A program made the position numbers and the translations under genes. Below are positions 1 through 15,327 of a stretch of DNA of 64,000 nt, one piece after another (the stretch's first letter is position 1; every line of letters starts with the position of its first letter). Source of the DNA: Enoplolaimus lenunculus (Eukaryota); assembly GCA_030248215.1 (NCBI GenBank), contig JASANG010002125.1, positions 124,001-188,000 of the forward strand. The letters run 5' to 3'. Below the pieces are notes generated by a model. The model was not told the DNA's origin, made no database searches, and saw nothing but the letters and a program-made list of their open reading frames with translations.

Positions 1-18
1 TTGTATATTTAATTACAG

Positions 19-3000
19 GTTGATCATCATTTTCATAGCAGTAATGTTGGCGCAGAAAAACGGGTAATACTATATGGCCAGCTTGGAACTGAAAGTTTTC
101 GTAACGCGCATTATGCTATGAAAAAGTTAGCATCATCCCGCCACGTGGACTATATTTTTCGACATTTCGACCGATCAAAAATTGAAAATGATGACGGACA
201 GCAGCGCGCGTACTTAAGCGGATACGATGTGGAACTTGCGATTAAAAGCACGGAATATAAAGCGCAGGTGGTATTTTCTACTGTTTGGGGACGCTTTCAG
301 TAGATATTTATCTTTCTTTTCCTGATGTCTCTCTTCAGCTCTCTATGCACCCGGGGTAATATAACGCCGCTGCAAAATTTTGTTTTGAACCTCCGTCTGT
401 TTATCTGCAAAAATGTTGCAAATTTCAGTCATGTTGTTTATTAACTAATTGCTGAATTATACTTTGTCCCTGATGTAGTTCTGAAGCAGTGGGATGGGAA
501 TTAGGAGTTTGGGATGATGATTCCATGTTTGGTTTCAGGATGATTCTAAAATACAGGCAAACGTCAGTAGCGATACTGTGGTGGAAGAGGCTGAGTTAGA
601 AACTGATTTACATGGCTTCAATTTCAAGGTAGTGCATGCTTGTGTTGTGAGCTTCGTTTAAAATAAAACATGAGTTTGCTTTTTACGTACGTATCTGCAT
701 GAATATAATTGATGTTGAACAGAACGCTGTTCAAAAGTAGTGAATGGACTGGATAGTGGTTGCCAAATTTAGTTTACGAGGATATTTGCTTGCTTGGTAG
801 TTGTTTCAATTCCTCAAACTATCATATTTATATTGCATTCGAGATTGCGTTTTGCCTGTGTACAACTGTGAATCGAAGTGTGCGCAATTAATTTCTTTTA
901 CTTTTGTGTTTATATTAGGTGCTTAAACAGTTGCATCCAGAAAAAAAGGAGCAGTTGAATAATCTGAAGCGTCACCTACTCGACAAAGATGAATTGACAC
1001 CGCTGAAAGTGTGGCAACTACAAGATTTGAGCTTTCAAGCGGCGCAACGTGTGATATCTGAAGGCAAAACAGGTGCGTTGGCTGCGCTGCAAGATGTTTC
1101 GCAAAACTTTCCGGTACTTGCTCATGCGCTGACTCGAGTTGCTGTCAAGTAAGTCAAATAGCATTTGCATTAAAATTACCGTTGTGTTGTGGACAGTCAA
1201 AAAACCTTTTGTTGTGCATTAAACTTTTTTTCATAATAGTGTTAATATTGTAAAAGAGACGTATGTGTTATAGTTAAACACATGTGTTTACATTTGCCTA
1301 CTTTAGCGAAAACGGCATGGAAGGGTGAGCGGATGTTTATTTTGTCTAAAAATCGCTGTGTTTTTATTTTATAGTCCAAAAGTTCGTGCCGAGATTGAAA
1401 AGAATCAAGAAGAAACATTCGACGAGCTTAATCTATCGCCCGGTGAATCTGGTTTATTTGTGAACGGTTTGCAAATCGATCTCGAAACAACGGATATATT
1501 TTCGCTTTTGGATTTGTTGAAAAAAGAGGAAAAATTGTCTGCTGGGTTTTTTCGTATGGGCTACCGCCGAGAATATTTAACGCTGTTGACTAGGTGAGCG
1601 TTGAAATACGGTGAGATCAAAGCAAAATATGTATATATAGCTGTTTATGCGAATTTGGAATTTTTGGTCGATTTTATAAGTTGTGCCAGAAAATAACGAA
1701 AGCTATCGGTTAGTTTTAAAGAAATGCAATTTAAGACAATACCTGAAATTTATCATTTACACGGAATACACTGACTGTTGTGATCAGAACTATAAAATAA
1801 ATTGTCGCAATTTTAGATGATTCTGTGGAACATGCAAAATTATTGTTAATAGTCCCGATATTGTAATCGGTATTTGCAAGCGTTCCTCAACATATAAATT
1901 ACAGACGCTTTATATTTGAATTAAGAAGATCTGTTGCTTTTTAGTTTTGTACTAAACTTGTTTTGCATTCAGTGGCTATTCGAAATTTTTTAGTTGGCAA
2001 AACGCTTGACCATACAGAATAGCCTTAGTATACTGCTCAAAAAGTTCGAAAACGCGCGAATGTATACTGCTGTGTTTTTGAAATGCAAAGCAGTAATTTA
2101 CTTTCTTTTTAGTCTCGATTTGAGCAAAGATTCCGTCAAGTACGCGGTCGATTATCGTCAAGGATTTCCATTGTGGATCAACAATTTGGACAGCGATTCG
2201 ATGTACCGAAACTGGGGAAATAGTGTTAAAATGATGGTTCAACCGTATTTTCCAGGTTTATTTTCACCGTATTTGAGTTGAAGAAACATATTTTTTGTTG
2301 TGTCATTGTCGAAAATAGTTAGTTCGTGGAATATGCGTCAGTTTGTTAGTAATGGGAAAATGCCGTTTAAAACGTGGTTAAAGGATGAAAGTTTTTCTCT
2401 TTTTATTGGACTTGGTAAAATTAGATAAAAGTTCGGCAGTGTAGTAACATTTCGAGAGCAGATTTTGGAGCTTTCATTTCTGTGTTTGTCATTGCTTAAA
2501 ACAAACATTAATTATTTCAAGGCATGATTAGACCAATTGCGCGTAACTTTTTCACGCTGGTATTTATCGTTGATCCTGCGGCAAAAACAACACCACCGTT
2601 GTTGAAAATAGCTTACGGTTTTTGGGCGCACGAAATCCCAATACGCATTGGGTTAATGTTTGTTGTTAATTCGGACAAATCTGTCGCCGGAAAGCACGAC
2701 GCGTCTGTTGCTTTGCTGAACGCATTCAATTTTGCACGAATTGATCGTGGGGCGCCGAAAGCGTTACGTTTTTTGACCGATTTTTATGATAGCATTAAAG
2801 TAAGACGGAAACAGATCTCATTATGACTTTGGACCTAGCCAATGTTAATTCGAGGGGCATAGCAATAGTATAAGCAATTTTTACGCCTCAGCGTTGGGAT
2901 AAGCCTATAACTAAGCCAAGGCCTAACAGCTTGTGTAAGAAATAGTCTAAGGCTTAAGTTTACTAGATTGGAGTAGGAATAACGTGACGCTTCTCAAAGT

Positions 3001-6000
3001 AACGTAGGCCTTTGTTTTTAGTCAATTTTACTGTAGGTTAAACTTTTGGGATTTTTAGTCATGTCTGTTAAATAATTTGAAGCCATTTTAGAAAAGTAGC
3101 TGATCTAAAAGTACAATAAGAAGTTAGTCTGAGAACCAACGTACTGATATCATTTGAATTATTCTAGCATTACGCGAATGAGTAGATAAAACGGGCTGTT
3201 TATGTCGGTGTAGCATATGGTGGGTCTGCAACAAATGAAAAAGCTATCTGCAACAAATGAAAAAGCTAACTATGTTTGCATTGCAACTTGATTGCAATTT
3301 TTTCAGGAGGACAGATCGTACGCACCGGACGATGTTATCACATTTTTCAAAAAGAAATTCAAAGGCGAAGATGCAGATTTAGTTTTTGACGTTGACTCAG
3401 ATTACGATGAAGGGCGACAAGCCGGAACAAGTTTTATTGAATCGACTGGTTTAGGGCGAGCACCAAAGGTTTGTTGTAGAAGGTTTTCATGTATCAGTTG
3501 AATCTGCTGGAATCGTTAAAACAGAGTTAGCAGACATGCTGTTCTTGGGTTTTTGCCCCGTCGTTTGCTTTCAATCAGAAATAGTTAAGGTTTGGTGTCT
3601 ATGTCATAAAGTTTTCACCTTATTTGAAAATATCGCTCAGGCAATACTTACGGCACTCATTTGAATATTTGTTCCGTTTGAAAGGTATTAATCACACTTT
3701 TGCTATGTTTTCAGTAAATCACATTTAATGTCTGTGTTATTTTATCATATATATGTGTGTTTCCAGCAGTCTTTCCATTTCTGTGATGATTTAAATTCCG
3801 ACGGCAGTGTATATTTGGGACCGCAATTTCACGCTTGAATTTATTTTACCACACAAGTGTTTTATTTTTATAGGTACTGCTTAATGGAATTCCACTGGAT
3901 GACTCGGGAATTTCGGCTGATCGGTTTGAAGAAACTGTTGTCACAGAGGTGCAACGCATAACGCCGAACATTCAACGTGATATTTTAGAAGGCAAGCTTG
4001 AAGACAAAGATAAAGTTGGCGATTATATAATGGATCGGCCAGATGTGATGCCGAGACTCAATGATAGGTTGGCTTTTGTAAACTGTGTGGTAGTTTATTT
4101 TATGGCGTCTTGGAGGGCACGAAATATTTAACTTTGGCGTCCTTGCTACACATTATGTTAGCCATCTTCGTCTCAATATCTATTTCGTATGTCTGCCACT
4201 CAACCGAGTTATTTATTAGTCTAAGTATTCAGTTTCACGTCACGTTGAGTGACCATTAGTATTTTCAGATATTATGCTACGCTAAAATATCGAGAGGTCT
4301 AATTTATCGTAGAAATGGTAAAAGGCTTTAACATTTTTATTCGAGTTGTTTTGTGAATAACAGTTTAAGGCTGTTTTAATTTGTTTTATATAAGGTGGAT
4401 TTTATTCCAGCTTTATCTCATGTTAACTACAGGGGCCTGCTTTGTAAGCCTAAGCTTCCCAGAATCTAAGTCTCGCAGTAATCCAACGCTCAGGCTATAA
4501 TAATTTACATCCATCCAAACTTTTATAGAATATTACATCCCACTAATCCGGTGTACATTGATATGACAGACGTAATGGAGTATTATCCAAAAAGCTTGCA
4601 TGAATTCAAACAGTTGGCTGTTGCTTCGAAAACGGCTTACATGATTAAAAGTAAGATTGCTTCTTTGGTCTATGATAGGGTTCGTTATTTGATAGCAGGT
4701 CTTAGGACGCCTAATATGTTTTTGATATTATAAATTTGGAAACGGTAAGGAAGTTAGCACTTTTGAAGCTGAAGTTTACAATAAAGCAGTCTCGAATTAT
4801 AGTGAATGATTTATTTACGGTTAAACTCGCAGAAACTGCGCTATCTAAATTAAGGGCAAAGCCAGGCGTGTGGTTTTAGGGTCCACCCGATCCCGCTATG
4901 GGATTTTTGAAAAAGCTTGTAAGTGTAATACAAAGCACTTCGACTTATTTATAGAACGTTAACACCTGTTTCAAAATTCTGGTTACGCCGATCATCTGAA
5001 CCGAGATCAAAATTTTGTAGCTTGACTTTTGTGTTGTTTTAGATGTGAAATATTTGAAGAAAATTAACGATAACGAAATACGTCCGTTCACTGTGTGGGT
5101 AGTTGCTGATTTTGAGAAGCCTGAAGGCCGGTTGCTAGCGTATAACGCAATCAAACACTTGAAAACTACGAATAAGATGCGCCTTGGCTTCATTCATAAT
5201 CCAGTGGATCCTGTGAATGAACCAATTGGAACCGTTTCACGTCTGATGCAAATGGCATTTAGAATGATTAGCGGCCATACGCTGAAAAATTTTGTGACGA
5301 AATTAGTTAAGGTAAGTGATAGTTTGGACGTGAAAAAACCTATCTTCATACGAGAGGTTTTGAGATATGTTGTCACGTGCTTGCGCGCTTACCGCTATGT
5401 GTTGTGGCAAAGGATTTCGTAAATTTGGAAAAATATTGCAATTTGATTATAACTCCATTGCTTTGTTTTATTATGTGTTATAGTTTGAATATGTTACACA
5501 TTTTCGTTCGAAGCCTAAAGTTGTTACTTTTAGGAAGATGTTATCAAAGATTATTTGTCTGAAAAAACACAACTGTCAGATCTTGTAGTTGGAGGTATGG
5601 ATATGCCTGCGTTCATAAAGGAATTACCTGGCGCTGAAACTGATTTGAAACTTGAATTGGCTTTTCGAAGGTACGAGTAATTTGGGTTTAATCTTAGCCG
5701 TAATAGTTTTATGCTGTAAACAATTTTATTGTTTAATGAATTAGTGGCATGGTTCAATTTTGAATTAAAATCGTTCAATTTTGTATTAAAATGATTGTAT
5801 TCTGTTTAATATGTTTTGTCTTCAGCTTGTACGCTACACGAGTCCTTGATTTGGAACCAGGCGCAAGTGCCGTGGTGGCAAACGGTCGAATCTTGGGTCC
5901 GCTAACACAAGACATGAATATGTTTGTTGAAGATTTTGCGCTTTTGGAACGCTACACAACAGCAACGCATGCAGATATTATTGGGCAGCAAGTAAAATAG

Positions 6001-9000
6001 ATACGGATTCTTAAAGAGGCTTTCCAATTTTTTTCGCGACTCTAATATTGCAATTCTGTTTTTAAGGCCTGCAGCTGCTTCAACTTTTTACCTGAAAAGC
6101 CAAAATATGCGTGTTGCTTTTTGATTTCAATGCTGCTCTTGGTTTAAATTAAAAGGTAAGTCGTCCGAAGTGGAGCCACTGTATTTTCAAGAAGAAACGT
6201 TTCCAAAATGATGTTTTCATTTTTAGATGAAACTTTGGGAAATTGAAACTGACGAAGACAAGGCGAGTGATGTCGTAATGCGAACCTCAGCGTTGATTAT
6301 GGCAGATCCTGTGAGAAAAAAACGAATGTGGATTGTACTGTCGGGTAAGGTTGTTATTATTTAGAGCTTTGTTTACGGTAATGTTTTAAATTCGGATGCA
6401 TTCTTATGCTAATACGCAAAACGATATATTAGAAAACATTAAATTATAGTTGCAGGCTTTCGATGTCCCATGGTTTTTTGTTTACATTTTTATTTATTTG
6501 TGTTTGTATTAATTTATGATTTATTTAACAATTTTTTTCTACTTAGACATTTTTTATTTGATATGTGTACACTTTTTTGCACAATGAAGAATCTTCTCAA
6601 AACCAATAAAAGAGAACTTTAAATAACATCAGATTATTATTGCAGACATTCAGTACTGGCGCATTAATGCGGAGAATTCTATCATTTTTCAGAAGATCAG
6701 CATTCAACAGTGACAATTCCGGCTTCCGACGAAACCACAGCTGCGTTTGATATATTCGCAATTGTCGACCCGTTGTCACGTGACGCTCAGAAGATAGCAT
6801 CGTTTCTTCGCGTTTTAATTAAAGTCATCAATGCCGATATTAAAATTGTGATGAATTGCAGACCGAAGCTATCTGAAATGCCGTTGCGGTCATTTTATCG
6901 GATGGTGCTCGAACCTGAGTTGGGGTTTTTGGCAAATGGTAAGTACGCTTCAGGTGTATTTGCATTTAAACGGCCAAGCAATAGATAAGAGGGTACCGTG
7001 CTTGATGTTTTAGGTATTTCAGCCGACATAAAAATTTGGTTGGTCCAGTGTTATGCTGAGGGTAGACGCCCTGTCCCAGTGACGAAATGCAATTTGGTTA
7101 ATCCGGTGTTACGCTAAAAATAAACGCCCTGTCCCAGTGACGAAATACTGAAATAAGTATGAATCGTTCAGGATCGGTCACAGGGGAAGGGTGTTGGGCG
7201 GCTGCCCCGCCCGAAATGTTTCACAAACAGTTAAATTTTTATGACAAATGCGATTTTATTACGTGGTGTAAATTATAAAAAAATAAAATCTAAAAGTCCC
7301 CCCAGAAAAAAATTCAGGGACCTCCAATGGAATCGCTCCTGCTGCAAGACCAGAATTTGTTATTCAACATGACATCTGAAATAGCGAAGGCAGCGGAACG
7401 ATGGGGACACAGATGTAGTGGAATAACAGCTAGGTCTGTGTGTAGCATGGGCAAAAGTTTATTGAATATTGTCAATTTTTGAATGGATTTGTTATTTTGA
7501 ATAGATTTGTTAGAATAGTTAGGTTAATTTCTGGTTTGGTTGCGTTTATAGGCGACCTGAGGCCTGGACCAACGGCACGATTTTCGACGTTACCTCAAAA
7601 GCAATTGTTAACCATGAATTTGAAACCACCAGACTCATGGCTTGTCGAGTGTGTAGACAGTGTGTATGATCTGGACAATATTAAACTTGACCAAGTTGAA
7701 AATGAGGTACAGTTGTGTGATACTGTTCAGTATGTGTTATACGGTTTTTAAGCTTCAGTATGTGTTATACGGTTTTTAAGCGTGGAAAAGTTGTAAACTG
7801 CGCTCGTGATCGTAATATTATAAGCAATTTTGATATTCATTCACTAAATTTTTTTAATTTACACCTGCCGCCACTCTAAGTAAACTCAAATATCACAGTC
7901 GTATTTGCAGAGAGATAGTAGTTTTGACATTATCAAATAGTTGCAGTAAGAAATAGAGTATTCATTCGTGTGTTGCATAGTATGAGTAACCAGATGCTAA
8001 ATAAAAATATATTTGTTGTGCTAGGGATGGTTAATAATGTACTTTATTTTTAAAATATATTTTTAAGATTCAAGCAGTGTTTGAGTTGGAGCACCTGTTG
8101 CTCGAAGGCCACTGCTTTGACGAAGTGACTGGAAATCCACCTCGTGGACTCCAGTTTACGCTGGGAACGCAAAGGAGACCAATTATGGTCGATACGATTG
8201 TTATGGCGAATCTGGGATACTTTCAGTTAAAGGTTGGCGGTTATTTTTAGGTTCTGAATTTTGGTTTAGCAAACATTAATTTATGGCTTAGGGCCGGTTA
8301 TTTTTGTAGTCATTTGATTATGAGCGCCTGGTTAGTGTCATTGTTTATTACTTAGATAACTTTAGGCATATTTTTCGCAGTTTTACTCCAAAGAATTTTT
8401 CGCTGCCATTATAGTTTTGGGGAAGTTGTAATCACGAACCAGTTTTGTTGATAACAAATATCGTTTTTTGTGGTGTCGTTGTATGCTTACTTGCAGTGCG
8501 GAATGATTTGCGAAGTAGCTTTCTAGGTAGTATCTGATATCCGATTCCGATGTTATTGACATCTGATTATACCCAAGATAGTTGAATTGTAATAATGTAT
8601 TATCGCGTTTCAGTCAAATCCTGGAGCTTGGCTTCTACAACTACGGTCTGGTCGTTCGTCAGATATTTATACCATAACATCGCACGATAAAGCGGAACCA
8701 GCCGATAACAATGATGTTATCACTGTGGTTATGAATAAATTCACAGGTAATTTGGGTATAGGGTAAGGTGCTATTAAGGATACTGGGTTATTGACGTAGG
8801 AGGGGCGGTCACAGGGAGGGTGGCCAACGCTGCTCCTAAATGTTGTGTATACAACTGATTTTAGAAGAGAAGGAAAATGATAAAATGTCGTACCAGAGTT
8901 ACAAAAATAAAGGCGTTCCTTTCTCGAAAACAATCCTGGGACCGCCAGTGAGACGTAGACTTATTCAGTTTGTTTTGTACAGAAATGCGCTGTTGCATTG

Positions 9001-12000
9001 CTGCCCATTTAAGTTTCCGGGAACTGTTGTACTTCCAGAAATTAAACACATACGACGTGGCGTTTGCCACACTTGCTGTGCTGAAATATTTTTATGAAAA
9101 CGGAATTATCCGGAAGAAGAATATTTGTGGAGCCTGATTACCGAATGCACTGGCTATTTAATTGAAAACAAACTATTGCTGGGTAACGGTTAGTATTGGC
9201 AGAGATATTTTTCGTTCGCGTTCTTGGTACTTTTAGGGCTTTCGTTTATTTGCAACAATACAGGATAACGGATATATCTTCAGGTAAAACAATACGAATT
9301 CGGGTGCAAAAGAAACCAGACATGATCGATCAGCACTTACTTGTGGACACTAAGGGCACTGAAGAGCCTTCGATGTGGGATGCCATATCAATTGCCATTA
9401 CCGGTGCGAAAAAATGTAAGTTTTACTTTTATTGCCGGTTGCAAGGGCCTAGCCCGTGATTTCGGGGCTTTTAGGAACTGTTTCGGTGGCTAACAGAAGA
9501 AAACGCTGTATTCGAAATTTTTCTGGAACATAAACTCTATTTTTTGCCATATCGTGGTTGCGACCCTCTTTACTGCTATTGTAATATGGATTGTACTACC
9601 ATTTTCAGATTGCAGTTGCTTTCGTATTAGGGTTTGTTTTGTTCGTAGTGCTCTTTTTTAATTATTGTTTTGCTTACTAATTCAATTCCGGCATTATATA
9701 CTACGTATTATGCATATATACTTGCCGGGGATAGGCCATGCTTGTTTTAGGAAAATTCTTACGAACCCCAACAATAGACAGATGTTTTGTCAGTTAGTGC
9801 AAGTTTTTGCTTGTTACATATTAAAATCATTTTCGTGATTTTTCAGCACCTGGAAGCGACAGTAATGATCCAACGATTAATATTTTCTCGCTTGCGTCGG
9901 GACATTTATACGAACGTTTGCTACGCATTATGATGCTCAGTGTGTTGACTCATGCAAAAGGAAAAAATCCGATCAAATTTTGGTTTCTCAAAAATTATTT
10001 ATCGCCTTCGTTCAAAAAGTTTTTGCCGTACATGGCGCAGCATTATGGATTTGAGTATGAGGTAAAGTGTAAAGATAATTGTTATTGGACTACGTTCTGG
10101 TTTGACTTCGAGAGGTGTTTATGATTCGTCAAGATATTTTATTGTTTGCACTCACGCTGTGCATAACTGTTTGAATTTGTTAATGGTGTTCAAAACTCAG
10201 TTTGCTCAGACGTCAAAGTAATTTAACATTTCGGATGATGGTAGGCATATGAATTATTTTGGAACTGTGTAGGGATGTGCCGATACTAAAATTTTTGCCG
10301 ATACCGATGCCTATACTTATTTTTAAATTTTGCCGATGCCGATTGCAACTTTTGTACACTACGCTTAACGAAGATATAGGATACTATATTACATCATTAT
10401 ATAAAAACTTAAATACTAACCATAATAAACGATTAAAATTTTATAAGAACGGTTCATTTCAATTACTTTTTTCAAATGCAAGCGCAAGAGAGATAACAGT
10501 TTCTCTGACTAGACACATTGAATAGCGCCCAGAAATAAAATTGATAGTATTCCAACTTAATGTTGTGTGCAAAAACTATCGGCAAACACTCCGCAATTTT
10601 TTGCAGTGTCGATGCCGATACTCACGAGAAGTGCCGATTATTACCGATGCAGATGCCGATTAATCGGCACATCCCTAGAACTATGATTAAAGAAGCTTTT
10701 GTGCTTAAAACTCGATGTAAAATTGGTGCATGCACTGTATTTTGCAGCTGACTATCTCTTGTTGTTCTTTCCAGTGACTTCTGTTTTAGCTTGTCCAATA
10801 CAAATGGCCTCGTTGGCTGCATCAACAGACTGAAAAACAACGCATTATTTGGGGATACAAGATTCTATTTCTCGACGTTTTGTTTCCACTGGATGTGACG
10901 AAAATTATATTTGTTGATGCAGGTAAACATAACATAATATAAAATATTTGTTTACTACATTAATTAAACCAGCAGAACACTACACTTATTTTGCCGACCT
11001 TTTTATTTTATTTTGAAATAGCTTACAACTATCTGTACGTCCAGAACTAAAATCATGTAAGGCAGACGTATCGGAACAAGATTGAGAGAAGCTCGGACAT
11101 GCATTTTTAATAAGTCTAGGAAATCATTCTAAGCTTATAACGCACTAGCGCATATCTTGACTCACTTACATTTTCTAGTCATCGAGTTGAATGTTACGAG
11201 CCTATAAAGCATGTTAACACATTATTCGTGAACATAAACACTGCACCATGCTAATAATGGAGTAGTTAACACTAATTTACAAGAGTTCAGCTTTTTTAAT
11301 TACAATAATATTTACATTCCTCATGGTAAAATAACCTATGATCCACAACATTCAATTGTGCAGTAAACCTGTAATCAGATATAGCTTTACTTTTACCTCA
11401 CATGGCATAACGAACTAATTTGGCTGTGTTAAGTTTCTGAACGCTATGTTAAAGCTTAAATTTCTCATGCCCGAAATTCCTAAAGCGAATACGTACAAAC
11501 GCTTGTAAGAATGATTTATTCATCAACTCAACTGCCATAGTTGGCATAGCTAATATGCAAATTCGTTATTAGCTTGCTATTCCTTATCTATTTTAGATGT
11601 TTATAAACAATTTGATCGGGTTCCGTGCACCTTAAACCCTTTAATACTGAAATCAAATCGGTTGTAACCGTAATACAGTGAAATAAAAAAGAAATCCTAA
11701 TTAAGGCGTAACCAATTAAGTTAGTTATTAGCTAGCTATTTTTATCTGTTTTGGAGACCTATAAACAGTAAATATCAGCTGGCTTGTAACACTAATAATT
11801 AGTTAAATGATGTAAAAGAAAGCTCTGATTTACGTTTGACCAATTATTCACTTATCCTACAGCTAATAAGTGACTTAGAATTTGGAAAACCTACTGTGAG
11901 GTTAACACCAGTGGAAAATAAGTTTTAAAACAAAAAACCTATCAAAATTGGTTCAGCGATTCTTGAAGCCTCATTGGACAGACAGGCGAACATCCACCTT

Positions 12001-13262
12001 TCGACCATCGGATGGTTATTTGCTTTGTACAGGTCAGATGTTATTTATAGTTGTTACTGATATGTTCGAATATTTTGATATTTATTGCAGATCAAATTGT
12101 TCGTGTGAATATGAAAGAATTGATGGATCTTGATCTCGAAGGGGCGCCATATGGGTATACGCCCTTCTGTGATTCGCGTACAGACATGGACGGGTACAGA
12201 TTTTGGAAGGTATGACTGCTATTTTGAGTAGGTTCACAGGTAATTCGTTAGTTTTTACAGTAAAATTTTAGTGACAAATACGATATTTTAAGCAATGTTT
12301 CGTTTGGCCTGCAATTCTGAATGTTTTTTTAGGGAGATTTATGTTTAATTTTCAGTTTCCACAAATTTGGAAGATAATTTTCGCGGTTGCACTATGTAGT
12401 CAAAATTACTTGAATTAGGATGCTATGCTTATCACTAATAACGTGTGTACATACTTAAACTCGTAGAAGTTTGATTACCACAGATAGTACAACGTCTTAT
12501 AATTGAGGTTCGTTTAATTTTAGGACGGCTATTGGAACAGTCATTTGGCCGGCCGCAAATATCATATTTCTGCATTGTATGTTGTGGATTTGAAAAAATT
12601 TCGACAAATCGCAGCTGGCGACCGCCTCCGAGGGCAATATCAAGGCCTTTCTAGCGATCCGAACTCGCTTTCAAATTTAGATCAAGATTTGCCTAATAAT
12701 ATGATACATCAGGTTTGGCTAAAGCTTTATTTACGCTTCACCATAAAGTGAGATTGTATGTTAGGGTCTGTAGCTATTATATAAAAAAATTGCTAGCAGT
12801 GATTTTTATTGGTCTATTTTATGGTATTCGTGTTTGTTTGTCTGCTTGTTTGTTATGTTTCTGTGTCTGTTTTGTCAAATTCTGCAAGAGTACCCGTAGG
12901 TTAAAAAAGATTATTTTTAATTTTAGGTTAAAATCAAATCGTTACCGCAAGATTGGCTGTGGTGTGAAACGTGGTGTGACGACGCGTCCAAAGCGCGTGC
13001 AAAAACGATCGATTTGTGCAACAACCCGAAAACCAAAGAGCCAAAACTTGAGTCTGGTATGCGAATTATTGCTGAATGGAAAGACTACGATGATGAAATT
13101 CGCTCGCTCCAAGAAGAATTTTACACAACAACAGGTTCTCGTGAACCGGTGAACACAAAAGATGGCCCAGAGCGTCAGGATAGCGACGAGCCTACGACTG
13201 GTGAACAAAAAGACACGTACAGGACTGAGGAAGTTAGCGAAGAGCGAAAAATTGAGCTTTAG
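19..13262 (+). CDS. UGGT: UDP-glucose:glycoprotein glucosyltransferase, multi-exon, 5' end lies before the window
   Basis: About 23 GT-AG exons (approx. 19-267, 539-628, 919-1149, 1376-1593, 2112-2255, 2522-2799, 3308-3468, 3874-4067, 4529-4650, 5043-5311, 5534-5670, 5826-5992, 6227-6344, 6692-6938, 7552-7706, 8069-8232, 8614-8746, 9283-9415, 9847-10061, 10790-10922, 12091-12209, 12523-12712, 12927-13262). Motifs: [135 protein letters not shown]. Ends in a KDEL-like KIEL. Confidence 0.97.
10270..10677. mobile_element. hAT-like MITE (TAGGGATGTGCCGAT family) in a UGGT intron
   Basis: Terminal inverted repeats tagggatgtgccgat...atcggcacatcccta; near-perfect 8-bp TSD gaactgtg/gaactatg; related copies at 36083-36408 and about 39209-39605. 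Confidence 0.85.
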
Positions 13263-15327
13263 ACGCAAAGTTAAGATTCAAGTGTCATGTTGTTGAATTT
13301 AGGTTGAAATAGTGACTCAGGGTTGGTCGACGCTTCATTTTATAGCGAACTTTGTGTTTGTATCGCAACCGGGAGTAAATCAATGATCCTTTAAGGGTAA
13401 TTAAGCCGTGAGTCTATAATGATATATTGCTAAGTTGAGTCAATTTTGTATTTACTTTTAACTTTGATTATGGTTTTAATTTGAACACAATGTTTGTAGT
13501 ACTCATTACGCTCTTCAAAGTACCATTTAGCCCCATGTGCGAGCTTCTTCAAGATCATTTATATTTTGCTTTTAAAAACAACAAAATTTTCAGCGTAGTA
13601 GCAAAGTATTTCGGTGTAAAATGATTTGTTTGTGGTTTTATTATTGTTATGTTGTGGGTGTTCAATGCATTCCATCAAGAGTGAATGATGCATCTAAGTC
13701 AAAAGTATGCTACAGCTACCGGAGCTCAGTGTACACAATATAATATGTACCTCCCGTCTTTTATTCTAAAATGTCTAGTTATCTTTCAAAATGAATGATT
13801 TGAAGGTTTTTATAACGCGTTTGATTTGAAGTTGCCCGTTGGATTGCGTTAATTTATTTCGGTTTTAATAGCAGATATTGTTTCGCCGAGAAACAAAAAG
13901 TTACATACTTCAGACAGAGTTGCGTCCGGGTCCGGTTATTCGTGGTATTTTCATGGAAAAATTCCCGCGACGGGTATTTATTTTTAAGCGTTGCAACTCT
14001 ATCTTATGACGATAGTTAAATTGTAGACACACATGGAAAATTGAGACAAAATTCAGAAGTTTGAAAATGTTTGAAAACTTGTATCTGAAAAATGTTTGCC
14101 ATAAATAGAGCAAATTGCGAACGTAGCATACTTTTAGCGTACAGTACATTTAGTTCATTCTTGGATACAGTGACTGATTTGTATTATTGGTTTGTATTGT
14201 AAACGGGGAGCAACGATTTTTGGCTGGTACTTTTCACAAACGACTGTAGTATTTTGTTTGAAGATTTTGCCGTTCGTTTTTGTTTGAATACAGCAGACGT
14301 TATTGTTTCCCGTATGCGTTTTGTATGCAATTGTGCCTGAAATCGTTTTTATATAGTTACAGCGTGATATTGAAAGCTTGGTGTTTATTTGTTGGTTCTT
14401 TTTGGATGAGTTTATATTTCTTTCAATGGTGTTTACTACTATTAGTGTGAACAATGATAGTTTTGGTGGACCGTAGAGCGCTAAGTTAATTCGCTTGCAA
14501 TAGTATGTGCATAATGCTTAGTTTACGCAACGTAACAATTGAGGGCCCATGTACCTATAGATCAGGGGCGGATCGTTTTTCGGGGGCTGTTATGGAGTAC
14601 ACTTAGCTTTCGACTAATTTTTGCTTATGCTTATACTACTGTTACGGCCCTTTTTGAGATTGGTTTACGAAGAATTTTACTTAGTAAGTAATATAGTTTT
14701 GTTTACTTTTATGGCTTTTGTTTTTAATTCGTTTGGAAGTTTACTGTTTTGAACATTTGTGCACAACTTAGAGTTTTAAAAGTATGGATGACGTTGAATT
14801 TATTATTTCTTATGCCTTACATTCGCAGAAGTTGAAAACAACTGGCATGCGTTGCATTGTTATATTTTTGTCGTTTTCTGTTCGTTTGTTTGTTTGTTGG
14901 AAATAAATTATCTGTATTTCTGCAGTTTTGTGAAATACTGCTTACGGACAGTATTAACGGATATGGAGCAGATAACTGAACAAAGTTATATATAAGGTCC
15001 GCAAAGCAAGTTTTTAATTTCAAGAAACGGTATAATATAAGTTATATCGTCATCGTCAATATGGTGTATGGTTAGCAGGGTGGAAGTAAATGGATAGTAA
15101 AAATAACGGAGACGGATAGTGATCGAAATAATGGAAATGGAAAACGGATAATTAAAACGTGCAAATGATCACCGGGCTTTCTAAAATTTTGATGAAAACA
15201 TGCCGGATGTATATACCGGAATTTTTAAGATTGTAGGTGAATATCGTAATTTTTGTTTCAGTTCGGACAATTGCACCACATCTGTATTAATAAGATTTTG
15301 CAATGTTATTTTGTGCTGGATTGATTA

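Noticed and set aside
3224..3268. Small intronic tandem duplications (also about 7060-7147 and 7725-7781)
   Set aside because: Ordinary local duplications with no sign of function.
13770..15320. ORF1 of the LINE
   Set aside because: No sustained reading frame or recognisable zinc-knuckle/RRM motif; cannot be supported by eye.
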